Shown in pieces: positions 46,497-58,073 of a stretch of DNA of 64,000 bases. The stretch is from Macrostomum lignano (Eukaryota), in NCBI GenBank assembly GCA_002269645.1, contig NIVC01001252.1, positions 1 through 64,000 on the forward strand, read 5' to 3'. The notes beneath the pieces are model-generated. The model was not told the DNA's origin. It did no database searches and saw nothing but the letters and a program-made list of their open reading frames with translations. Each line of letters starts with the position of its first letter. Within the stretch, counting starts at the first letter, position 1. Made by a program: the position numbers and the translations under genes.

Positions 46497-47925
46497 CATG
46501 CTGCTGTGTGATTCTTGACTGCTGCTGTGTGATTCTTGACTGCTGCTGTGTGATTCTTGACTGCTGCTGTGTGATTCTTGACTGCTGCTGTGTGATTCTT
46601 GACTGCTGCTGTGTGATTCTTGACTGTTGCTGTGTGATTCTTGACTGTTGCTGTGTGATTCTTGACTGTTGCTGTGTGATTCTTGACTGTTGCTGTGTGA
46701 TTCTTGACTGTTGCTGTGTGATTCTTGACTGCTGCTGTGTGATTCTTGACTGTTGCTGTGTGATTCTTGACTGTTGCTGTGTGATTCTTGACTGTTGCTG
46801 TGTGATTCTTGACTGTTGCTGTGTGATTCTTGACTGCTGCTGTGTGATTCTTGACTGTTGCTGTGTGATTCTTGACTGTTGCTGTGTGATTCTTGACTGC
46901 TGCTGTGTGATTCTTGACTGCTGCTGTGTGATTCTTGACTGTTGCTGTGTGATTCTTGACTGTTGCTGTGTGATTCTTGACTGTTGCTGTGTGATTCTTG
47001 ACTGTTGCTGTGTGATTCTTGACTGTTGCTGTGTGATTCTTGACTGTTGCTGTGTGATTCTTGACTGCTGCTGTGTGATTCTTGACTGTTGCTGTGTGAT
47101 TCTTGACTGCTGCTGTGTGATTCTTGACTGTTGCTGTGTGATTCTTGACTGTTGCTGTGTGATTCTTGACTGTTGCTGTGTGATTCTTGACTGTTGCTGT
47201 GTGATTCTTGACTGTTGCTGTGTGATTCTTGACTGTTGCTGTGTGATTCTTGACTGTTGCTGTGTGATTCTTGACTGTTGCTGTGTGATTCTTGACTGTT
47301 GCTGTGTGATTCTTGACTGTTGCTGTGTGATTCTTGACTGTTGCTGTGTGATTCTTGACTGCTGCTGTGTGATTCTTGACTGTTGCTGTGTGATTCTTGA
47401 CTGTTGCTGTGTGATTCTTGACTGTTGCTGTGTGATTCTTGACTGCTGCTGTGTGATTCTTGACTGTTGCTGTGTGATTCTTGACTGTTGCTGTGTGATT
47501 CTTGACTGTTGCTGTGTGATTCTTGACTGTTGCTGTGTGATTCTTGACTGTTGCTGTGTGATTCTTGACTGTTGCTGTGTGATTCTTGACTGTTGCTGTG
47601 TGATTCTTGACTGTTGCTGTGTGATTCTTGACTGTTGCTGTGTGATTCTTGACTGTTGCTGTGTGATTCTTGACTGTTGCTGTGTGATTCTTGACTGTTG
47701 CTGTGTGATTCTTGACTGTTGCTGTGTGATTCTTGACTGTTGCTGTGTGATTCTTGACTGTTGCTGTGTGATTCTTGACTGTTGCTGTGTGATTCTTGAC
47801 TGTTGCTGTGTGATTCTTGACTGCTGCTGTGTGATTCTTGACTGCTGCTGTGTGATTCTTGACTGTTGCTGTGTGATTCTTGACTGTTGCTGTGTGATTC
47901 TTGACTGCTGCTGTGTGATTCTTCA
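46497..47925. repeat. 21-bp minisatellite, about 68 highly homogeneous copies
   Basis: Unit ctg(t/c)tgctgtgtgattcttga. Confidence 0.98.
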
Positions 47926-47939
47926 CTCTAATGTGTTAA

Positions 47940-48308
47940 GCCATCCCAACACAAGAGAGAAGAGAAGGGAGGGGAAATGGAGAGGAGAGAAGGGAGAGGA
48001 GAGAAGAGAAGGGAGAGGAGAGGAGAGAAGGGAGAGGAGAGGAGAGAAGGGAGAGGAGAGGAGAGAAGGGAGAGGAGAGAAGAAAGAGGAGATGAGAGAA
48101 GGGAGAGGAGAGGAGAGAAGGGAGAGGAGAGGAGAGAAGGGAGAGGAGAGAAGAAAGAGGAGATGAGAGAAGGGAGAGGAGGGAATGGATGGAGAGAAGA
48201 GAGATGAGAGAAGAGGGCACAAACCTTAAGTGGGCTGGATTGCTATTTTGGAGTTTCGAAGTACCCGAGGGACGCCAGGTTTGGCGGGCCGGAGTTTGCC
48301 GACCCCTG
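47940..48308 (-). mobile_element. Truncated hAT-type MITE with internal GA-rich tract
   Basis: Minus strand begins caggggtcggcaaactccggcccgc; first 110 bp homologous to the 54828 copy. Confidence 0.7.
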
Positions 48309-48805
48309 GTTTAGACGATATCAGGAGAAAATTGTATTTTTTTCAATTGATTTTAGGCACACTCGGGGATTAAATGTACTTTTAGCTGTATGCTAATTTA
48401 CTCGCAGACTTGGGCTTGTGTGGAGTTGCAGTTAGGTACGTGCCTACTCCCAGCAAAATTATCCAGCAAGTTTCTATTTGATTCATTCGCGATTAAGTAA
48501 GACAATTTAATTTGTCCGAAGATCAATAGGCAGGTAATTACTCATTCCTTTTTTTGCCTCGCACAAATATGTATTATCGTTAGCCTCAGTGTTTTTGTTC
48601 GTTCTAATAAAATAAACCCGAAGATGCACCACGGAGTGCGAAACGCGTCGACTTACAAATTTTGATAGTTGGTTTTTTATTCTTAATTCTAGATCACATG
48701 TATCTTCTCGAACACTTGTCCTATATGTCACTAATTAATATTTTAAATATTGCTTAATTAATTAACTTTGAAGAAGAGTTTTCAACGCCGCGACAACCCG
48801 GTTGG

Positions 48806-51800
48806 TCAGATGACTTCTCCAGCTGCGTCAGTCGCTGCGGCACCGCAGTCGGTCCCGACTAGTCGAGCTGTTCGGAGGCTGAGCTCCATCCGGCTGCGGC
48901 TGCGAATCGCCAAACCGAGCTCCATCAGCGACATGCCCCCCACGGGGCTGTTGTCCAGCTTCACCACCTCATCGCCTGGCTGCACATCCTTGAAGAGGAG
49001 GCTGAGTGAGTGAGTGAGTGAGTAAAGGGTGAATGACTGAGTTCAATTCTCACCTGCAGCTGCGCTCCGCTGCCGGTGGCCACAGACGAGACGAAGAACC
49101 TCGTCAATCCGGCGTGGCCCCCGCCGCTGCCGCCGCTGTCCGGCCTGGCGATCAGCGACAGGCCGAAGGCGCCGTTGACGCGCTGCAGGGTGACTCGGCG
49201 AACCCGCAGTTGCGCGTCGGCCGGCTGGCGCACCAGGCCCGGCCAGTAGAAGGCGCCGCCGCCGCCGACGCCCCAGTGGCACAGGCTGGCAGACCCGGCC
49301 ATTGACGGCAGCGGCGGTTTTGGCAGCGACACCTGCTGCTGTGCTGGATTGACAGCGCGAGCTGTCGACGGCGGTGAGGGCGTTGGAGGCGACGGAGGCG
49401 GCGGCGGCGGAGCAGTCGGGGGTGGAGGAGGCATCCAGGGCGTCGGAAATGGAACAAGGTAAAACGCAACTGGAGGCTCCAGCGGCGCTGCCGCCGCTTT
49501 TGAGACTGCTAAGTTGGCTTGGCTGTCTGCAATGTAGCGAGAGAGAGAGAGAGCTGAGATACCCGTGTGTTATTCAAGCTGAGAAACCCGTGTATTATTC
49601 AAGCTGAGATACCCGTGTGTTATTCAAGCTGAGATACCCGTGTGTTATTCAAGCTGAGATACCCGTGTATTATTCAAGCTGAGATACCCGTGTGTTATTC
49701 AAGCTGAGAAACCCGTGTGTTATTATGCAAGCTTAAATACCTCCTGTAAACCAACAAAATCACCTCCTTGATCTGTAAACTTCTCAGATCAAGGAGGTGA
49801 ACCTTCATTATGCAGCTTAGATTAAAACCATTCCTGCTATCCATAATGAGATTAGCCTCTCAAAATGCCGGAAAACACGCACTGTTTACCAAATCAGCAT
49901 TAGTTCACTCTGTCTGGACATTTAACACACAACAATAGGCAATAGCTAATATGAAAATGAATTTATCCAGAGTAAGTTTGTATTATTGCATCGGCGTCAA
50001 TATACTAGCAAATTACTAATTGACAAATTGCTAGCGAAGAAGTCGGCCCAGGAGGCTTGACGCAAATTGATTTAATTTGCTCAATTCCACTCCACACAGT
50101 CAGGCAGTAGATTGGACTAATTAGGCCAACGACTGAGCCGGGACAGCTCAGACAAAAGTGCGAGACTAGCTATAGCTCGCGGACCTTATCTATCTGTCTG
50201 AGCCCTGTAGTAGTTTGACTAGCTATTATCTAGCTGCATCATTGCCAGACCCGCTAGCTATCTCTGAAAACAGAATTGTATAAACCAACTGAGAGAGAAA
50301 GAGCGAGAGAAAAGCACTCAGACCAAATAGATAAGAGCGTGACAGCTTTGTGTTGGCCTATCCCGCCGGTTCTATCGATTCTCTCTTATTGATTCTTCTA
50401 AAATTTCTAATTTACGGACGGGCGAGTTGAGCCAAATAGCTAACATGAGATTAACTATCCGCGACACAGTTCAGCAGCTCCTGCTGTCCCTGAGTCCCCG
50501 CTGTCCACACGGAGCGGGTGAGCAGTAAAACAAACGCCAGGCAACCGCACGCCATCACGCTCCTTCACTCTGCGGCGGTAAAAGATTAATGGTCCAATTT
50601 CATTTTCTGCTCAGCCTGAGTATGCTGTGCTCTTTGGAGTGATGCTTTCTGAGCTGCGTCAAATTGCGAGAAAGAGAGGCCAATTTTGAGCAGATTGTAC
50701 TAAACTACTCTCGACCGGGAACTTCAAACGAACTCTCAGGCTTTGCACTCTAAAAGGCAGATACAGTTGAATCAAGGACATCATTTCAGTGCTAACCAAT
50801 GCCATTGTATATCATTTCAGTGCTAACCAATGCCATTGCATGTCATTTCAGTGCTAACCAATGCCATTGCATGTCATTTCAGTGCTAACCAATGCCATTG
50901 CATGTCATTTCAGTGCTAACCAATGCCATTACATATCATTTCAGTGCTAACCAATGCCATTTTATATCATTTCAGTGCTAACCAATGCCATTGTATGTCA
51001 TTTCAGTGCTAACCAATGCCATTGCATGTCATTTCAGTGCTAACCAATGCCATTTTATATCATTTCAGTGCTAACCAATGCCATTGCATGTCATTTCAGT
51101 GCTAACCAATGCCATTACATATCATTTCAGTGCTAACCAATGCCATTTTATATCATTTCAGTGCTAACCAATGCCATTGCATGTCATTTCAGTGCTAACC
51201 AATGCCATTGCATGTCATTTCAGTGCTAACCAATGCGATTGTATATCATTTCAGTGCTAACCAATGCCATTGTATATCATTTCAGTGCTAACCAATGCCA
51301 TTTTATATCATTTCAGTGCTAACCAATGCCATTGCCTATCGTTTCAGTAACCATAGTGCCAGTTAAAGTTTTAATCCCAAACATTGGAGCCAAAAAGGCT
51401 TCAACAGGATGAGGCGTCTATCTTACCGACCAAGTCGCACTGCACCGCTCGGTCGGTTGCCCACGACGCTGCATCGCCTACAACACCGCAGTCCTTCGCC
51501 GAAGCGCGCGTCTTATTCGACAGAAACTGCGCCTCGAATTCGTTGCTCAGATCTGCAATACGGTCGTGCAGACGGCCAGAGTTTAGAAAGAAGTCGCTGT
51601 CCAAGGTCGCGGACGAGGAGAGAGAAGAGGCCAGGCCCTCGTTGAGGCCCCCTACGGTGGAGGCTGCGGCTGCTGCTGTCCGATTTGAGTAAGACGCCTG
51701 TAGCGGCCGAGACGCCGGAGTGTAGAGTAGCCTGCGATGAAGCTGGCTAGCCCTGTCGGCTGGGCTCAGAGACGCTTCTGGAGCTGAATGTACGAGCTAG

Positions 51801-54800
51801 TGAGTACGTTAACAAGTTCTTTCGATCTGGGAGGCTAAATCTTGTTCTAAGTGGCCCCTGCCTTCACTCATCACTTATATTTTCACTTCGATTTTTAAAA
51901 TTCACTGTAAATGTAGATTTCTATGCGTTTATTGTTGTTGCATTTGAGTGCAGGTTGACTGCTGCTGCTTTAGCTCATATCCGATGTCGTTCAGCAACTG
52001 GGAGATTAATGACGCAGAAAGCTATCTTTTTGAAAATAACAGGAACCTGCTCTACCGAAAAGATATCTCAAACGCAAATTAAGCTGTTGCGTGCTTCGGA
52101 AATAAGGATTATTTGAAAGTCAATCAGACGTTGCAGCTGTCCTGCCTGCAAAGCATTGAGGCGATGAATTTTGATCGATGGCTGAAAAATCAGTAGTTTT
52201 TCCCGACCCCGCTTCAAATTCTGCCCGTCTGCCCAGTATTTTAGGCCAGAAAACACATGCACAAGATAATTAAGGATTAAGCGGGTCAGCTGCAGCGATG
52301 GCTGCTGGGTAAGCAGGGTAAGGGAGTCGGAGAGCGGTGACTGAGGCACGGCCAAGTACTTTAAAGTGTACTCGTATTTACGCTCGTACAGCAATTTAGC
52401 TGCCAGTTCCACGTGCAATGAAGCAACTCCGAGGTACCCCGCAAGTTATAGGGAGGAGTTGGCGCAGAACGTATTTTCTATTGCATGCAGTGGTCCGATG
52501 CATTTGAGATGCACTCATTTGCAAGATGGTGAGAGAGTAACAAGCATCAGTAAAAGGCTTGGTCGCTAAGCTATAAAATCCTGACTAATTACCGAATTAG
52601 ATAATGTACTTTGGAGCTCACCTGTTCCTGACCGGCCCGGCGAGTCCTTAACGTCTCTCCGCTTTTGTTTTTGCTGCTTCTGTTCTATTGGAATTGAGTC
52701 GAATGCAAAGCGTCTGTGGGTGCCATTCGATAGGAAATGAAAAATCCTTATTGCATTGTAACTTCGGCGTTGCGACATTTCAGTACTGTGAAGCTACCCG
52801 AACTCTCAAGTTAACTACCCAAAAACTTGCTTTTTAGAATGCTCACTTGCTTTGAGACGGCTGTGGTTTGGGAAACCGTCTGTCCCGGGGGTCCTCAAAG
52901 TGCCCGGCAGGAGCGAAGACTCGCTCATCAGCGCTGCTGCTCAGCTCCTCCAAGCGATGCTGCCTGGTTGGCGGCTGCCGACTCGGTCGCGGCCAGAAAC
53001 CGGGCAGAAATCGTTGCCGCATCAGCTCGACCAAGTCCGCCTCGTCCTCGGCCGCCGTGTATTCAGTTTCCTCGACTTTCTGATCTTCGACTTCTTCTTC
53101 GGCTTCGTCATCCGAATCCTCGTCTGGCGTCGCTTCTGCAGCCGTCGGAGTGGAAGATGACGTCGGCGTCGAAGAGGACGAAGAAGACGAGGATCGCGAG
53201 GTTGGCGACGCTGTTAGAGATTTGACCGCCCTCCAAAGCGGCGGCGCAGGCGGCGGTGGGGGCGGTGGCGGCGGCGGAAGAGGAGGCGACGGAGACGCTG
53301 GTGACAACTGTTGAAGTTGAAGACTCGCCGTTTCCTTTGAGGCTGCATGAGCTGCCTCTTCATCAGTAATATCGTTGTCCAGTAGGGTCAAGGGCAGTCG
53401 GGATTTGTAGCGAACCTGTTGATAAGCAAGAGTGAGTTGGGTGAGAGACCAAGGACTGCTCAAGTAGAAGGATGGGAAATTACGTTTCGTGGAAATGTTT
53501 AGAGGGCAGGCTGAAAAATATTCATATAAAAAATTCATCGTTGAGCCATTTTTATGATTTTAAGGCTCAGAACATGTGCGTAGATTATTGCACTAGCTGA
53601 TGAAATTATTGCACTAGCTACTTGCTATCTAGGGGGGTGGGGTACTTTCTTTCTGGGGGATGCTTGCTATCTGGGGGGGAGTACTTGCTTTCTGGGGGAT
53701 GCTTGCTATCTGGGGGGTACTTGCTGTCTAGGGAATGCTCTCTATTTTTGGGAGAATGCCTGCTATCCTGTGAAGGCTTTATTGTGCTGTCTCCTTTCGT
53801 TACTTTAGAAAAAAGAGACTCATAGTGTGACATTGTGGTGTTATGCTAGTGTATGCTATCTAGTGCTAGATAGGTTGTTTGTTTGCTTTTCACGCGTGGC
53901 TAGCATGGTGGGGTCTGGGCAGTCAGGCCAACCACCCTATCTTTAGTCCTAGGATAAAATAAACGTGTCTTACGAGTATAAAGAGCCCAGTTGTATGATC
54001 TGGCTCTCTTCGTTTTTCTACGCACTCAACTCAATTACAAGCCTTTAGCTTCAATCTATTACACATAGCAAACATCTTTGTCCGTGACAATTTGACTCGA
54101 ATTAGGTTAAAAGCTGCGTCCTAAAATTGAAAACTAAAACTAAACTAAAAACTAAAAACGGACCTGAAACGTTGCCGAGCCGAGCTTGATGAGGCGTCCA
54201 GCTGTGGCGTCGTCGTTCAGCCGACGGATGGTGGCACTGCGGTCCACCGTTATGATCCGCTCCGCCTCGGCTGCATCCTCCATTGCCGCATCTGCATCTG
54301 CCGCCGCTGACGAAGTCGAAGACGACAGCGAAACGCCTCGGCGAGGCCACGAAGCTCTCAACCAGTCGTCGTCGCTGCTATCGACGCCGTTTGCCTCGTC
54401 GAACTCGTTGACACCGGCGCCGCCGTGCCACTTGCGGCCGAACCGGTGCTCAAACTCGGCGGCTATGAAGGCCTCGTCAAGCAGCAGGGCGGCACCTTTG
54501 AAGCGCCTCTTTGCCAGGCGAAGAAATTCGTGCCGCTGATTGGCAGGGATCAGCAGGGCGATCTCGCGCAGCAGGTCCAGCTTCTTTGGTGCGTCCAGCA
54601 GGTTCTGCAAGTCGCTAACCAGCTGCTCCGTGGTGCTGGTCTCGCGGAAGGCTCGCAGCGCCGCTTTGAAGGTGCGGCACTCGTCCGAGGTCAGAGCCTG
54701 CCGGGCTGCCCGACGAAGGGTCATGTTTCTGCGGTGCCATGTGGAGACTTTGATGAGAACCAGGTGGATATAAGTGTCGTTTATCCAGGACGGTTACAGC

Positions 54801-55697
54801 CACCGTCTATATGCTACTCGTATAAGTCCGGGGTCGGCAAACTCCGGCCCGCAAAGCCTCTCTATCCGGCCCTCGGGTCCTTTGAAACTTCACAATAGCA
54901 ATACAGCCCACTCAAGGCTTGTGTCTCTTCTTAGCTCTCTTTTCTTTTTCTCCTTTTCTCTCTCATCTCCCCTTCCCCTCTCCCCTCTCCCGTCTCCCGT
55001 CTCGCCTCTCCCTTTTCCTTTCTCCCGCCCCTCTCCTCTCTCATCTCTCAGCCTCTCAGCTTCTCTCCGCTCTCATCTCCTCTCCGCTCTCATCTCCTAT
55101 CCGCTCTCATCTCCTCTCCGCTCTCATCTCCTCTCCGCTCTCATCTCCTCTCCGCTCTCATCTCCTCTCCGCTCTCATCTCCTCTCCGCTCTCAGCTCCT
55201 CTCCGCTCTCAGCTCCTCTCCCCTCACCTTTCTCCCTCCTGTCCCTTCGCCCCCTCTCACCTCTCTCTTCTCACTCTGGCCCGCAGCCATGTATATCTGG
55301 TCCTTAATTTTAAAATGCTTGCCGAACCCCAAGCTATGTAGTCCCTTACATGTAGTTGAGAGCCCATGGGAGAAATGAGTGGACCGTAAACTTATTCATT
55401 ACAAATAAGTACAGCAATTAAAAATGTAATAAACGGCACTAAACTGTCGATTCAAAATATGGATAAGTAAAAAATCTAAAAGGGCCGTCTCAAACGTATA
55501 TTTTCACACTATTTCTAGACAAACTTTCTCAACTGCGAAGTCTGTCTATACCTGGTAGAATCTAATAGACAAAACATTGCAGAGTCATTCAAGATACTTT
55601 CCATAGTCCATAGACTCAGTGGTTGAAAGTACTCACTGACTGAACTGTCGAACTGGGGGTCGCCTGTTGACTGACGACGGAGCCGAAGCCATGCCAA
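48806..55697 (-). CDS. Harmonin-homology domain + Pro/Ser-rich + C-terminal PDZ scaffold (whirlin/PDZD7 C-terminal-like), 7 exons, about 794 aa
   Basis: Exons 55697-55552 (tentative), 54728-54164, 53415-52847, 52713-52622, 51783-51427, 49526-49054, 48988-48806, all GT-AG with matching phases; HHD ALTSDECRTFKAALRAF...KKLDLLREIALLIP; PDZ VTLQRVNGAFGLSLI...DVQPGDEVVKLD. Confidence 0.82.
49553..49725. repeat. 25-bp minisatellite next to a splice acceptor of the PDZ gene
   Basis: Unit ctgagatacccgtgtgttattcaag. Confidence 0.92.
50781..51350. repeat. 31-bp minisatellite, about 18 copies
   Basis: Unit tcatttcagtgctaaccaatgccattgcatg. Confidence 0.96.
53826..54063 (+). mobile_element. Solo LTR (238 bp)
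   Basis: TGTGACA...TATTACA termini, exact 5-bp TSD CATAG (53821-53825; 54064-54068), internal AATAAA and TATAAA. Confidence 0.75.
54828..55332 (+). mobile_element. hAT-type MITE with internal CT-rich minisatellite
   Basis: ccggggtcggcaaac ... ttgccgaacccc termini; internal tctcctctccgctctca repeats. Confidence 0.72.
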
Positions 55698-56287
55698 TTT
55701 TGTTATTTAAAATATTTTAGATGAAATGAGAAACTTTCTGAAGTCTCTGTGCCTATTAATTATAAAAATGTGACCACTGGTAGGGGTTTTTAAGGGATGC
55801 AGAGAGCAATTCTGACCAATTCAAAATGAACCAATAGGAACGAGGCGGTGCACGGCCAGAATTTTGATATCAAGCTCTGATTATTTTCTGCCTGAGGAAA
55901 TTAGATCGCCGAATGCAATTCATACTACTTTAAAGAGTCGAAGTGCTCAAATATATTGCTCTGTGACTGGTCTACGCTCTGCAGAAAAATCATTTTGTCC
56001 ATAGAGAATTGAAGAAGAAAAAACGAATCAGTTCTTAGTTCCTTATGGAAGCACGCTACAATGTGCTTCTTTGAACGTTGAACTTGCCCATACAATGCAA
56101 GTTAAATCGGAAATAGTTTATTTCGATACATATCGGCTACTCAAAGTGAGCCTAGAAGCCTGCAACCCGAGGGGAAATGGCTAAAATTCAATTATATTTA
56201 AGTCCATAAATCAGACAAAAGCTTAAATGACATCGATATGCACAAATAAACCCATTTAAGAATATGTACGTAAAAAGGCAAAAAGTG

Positions 56288-56360
56288 TGGTCTGGCCCGG
56301 GCTCGAACCGGGGACCTTCTGTGTGTGAGACAGATGTGATAACCACTACACCACCAGACC
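56288..56360 (-). tRNA. trnV-CAC: tRNA-Val (anticodon CAC)
   Basis: GGTCTGG acceptor stem pairs CCAGACC; D arm GTGTAGTGGTTATCAC; anticodon arm TCTGT-CTCACAC-ACAGA; T arm CCCGG-TTCGAGC-CCGGG; discriminator A; downstream T runs. Confidence 0.95.
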
Positions 56361-56438
56361 TGACACTAGAGGGCCGCATAAATGACTTTTAATAGGCCGC
56401 CGCAACCTAACCCCCACCAAGCATATATAAAATCCTGG

Positions 56439-58073
56439 TTAAATTGACGACCTTGATGAGTTAAACCAGCGCCTGATAATCATAGTTGACATGGCTGAAC
56501 TGAGCAGCATGCCCAAAGATACTCCGATACTTCGATACATCACCCAGGATCGAATATTTTTAAGGCGGAAAAAGTCCTGAATCACGATAGAGTATTCCGT
56601 CTTGGCGAGCTCCTCCAGCGAGGCGATTCGATACTCGATCCGAGACATCACTTCCTGTAATATCAAAAGGATTAACATGTCATGTGTGATGCATTATGAT
56701 CGACCTGTCATGTGAAGAATTGATTGTGAGGTGCCATACTGTAATCTCTTGACAGGTCCACTAGAAGTTACGCTAGTACCGTTGTATCGGTAACTTGTCG
56801 GTACAACGGTAACTTCTAGTGGTTCTTGCCTCTGGACTGTAGGACATGGGCCTGTGGTGCGATCTCTGGACTGTAGGACATGGGACTGTGGTGCGATCTC
56901 TGGACTGTAGGACATGGGACTGTGGTGCGATCTCTGGACTGTAGGACATGGGACTGTGGTGCGATCTCTGGACTGTAGGACATGGGCCTGTGGTGCGATC
57001 TCTGGACTGTAGGACATGGGCCTGTGGTGCGATCTCTGGACTGTAGGACATGGGACTGTGGTGCGATCTCTGGACTGTAGGACATGGGCCTGTGGTGCGA
57101 TCTCTGGACTGTAGGACATGGGCCTGTGGTGCGATCTCTGGACTGTAGGACATGGGGACTGTGGTGCGATCTCTGGACTGTAGGACATGGGGACTGTGGT
57201 GCGATCTCTGGACTGTAGGACATGGGGACTGTGGTGCGATCTCTGGACTGTAGGACGGGACTGTGGTGCGATCTCTGGACTGTAGGACGGGACTGTGGTG
57301 CACGATCTACTGTATTGTGAACCCCGGGAAGGGCGAACTTACCACAGTCATGGTGTATTCAGCTGTCATGTTGTTTAAAAGGCTGGTTAGCTCAATAATT
57401 TTGCTGCGCTGACTCTGATGCAAGCCGATGAAGATAGTTTTGGCGGAGCCCCTGTTGCGGACGCAGAGCTGATACACGTCTGTAAAGTGCATCAGCAGTC
57501 TGTGGACAAATAAATACAATACTGCATCTTTGGTACATTCAATCTAAAATATCGAAGGGAAAAATTAATGCGTGCTTGCCAGGCTTGGGTATTTCCCGTT
57601 TACTAACTCGAGCAGTGGGCATTCGATTGCCCTCAGTGGTCATCTGCTTGGACTCCAGAGTTACACCTTCGGAGTCGCGAAGCTCGAATTCGGCGTCGGA
57701 GTCCCAGTACTTCTCAGCCTAAAATTAGAGTTATAATAAACCCATAAAAATGTTTTGCAGAAGCAATTCATCAATCATGACAAGCTGCACTGCTCACAAA
57801 GATGAAGACAGTCAAGTTTCTCATTCCGAGCACTGGCGAATAGAGGCAGAACTCTTCACCGGCGGCAAAAGACCGTTTCAAAGTTTTGCGAATTCCCCAA
57901 TTCAAATTTGTGAAGCCCAGACCGCCGTAGAAGCTGGTCTCTGGCTGGCTGGACGCAACTGACAAGATTATTTCGCCAGTTTTTTCATCTTCAAAGACTT
58001 CAGCGGTGCTGGATGCCACGAGCAGGAGATGCGACAGGGTGATCGCAAGTCCGGTTAATATCCGCAGCTGCAT
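56439..58073 (-). CDS. Divergent p24/TMED (emp24/gp25L) GOLD-domain type I membrane protein, 4 exons
   Basis: Exons 58073-57798, 57718-57604 (or 57580), 57479-57343, 56654-56439; signal peptide, GOLD motifs AAGEEFCLY and DVYQLCVRN, coiled coil, TM, tail IIRRWFNSSRSSI. Confidence 0.8.
56830..57300. repeat. 34-bp minisatellite in TMED intron 3
   Basis: Unit ggactgtaggacatggg(c/a)ctgtggtgcgatctct. Confidence 0.96.

Noticed and set aside
46457-47930. CVIL (the MIEN1 prenylation motif) repeated on the plus strand next to the MIEN1-like gene
   Set aside because: Opposite strand and within a 21-bp satellite; coincidence
50781-57300. 31-bp and 34-bp arrays as CRISPR repeats
   Set aside because: Units are contiguous with no unique spacers, the context is eukaryotic and no cas genes are present
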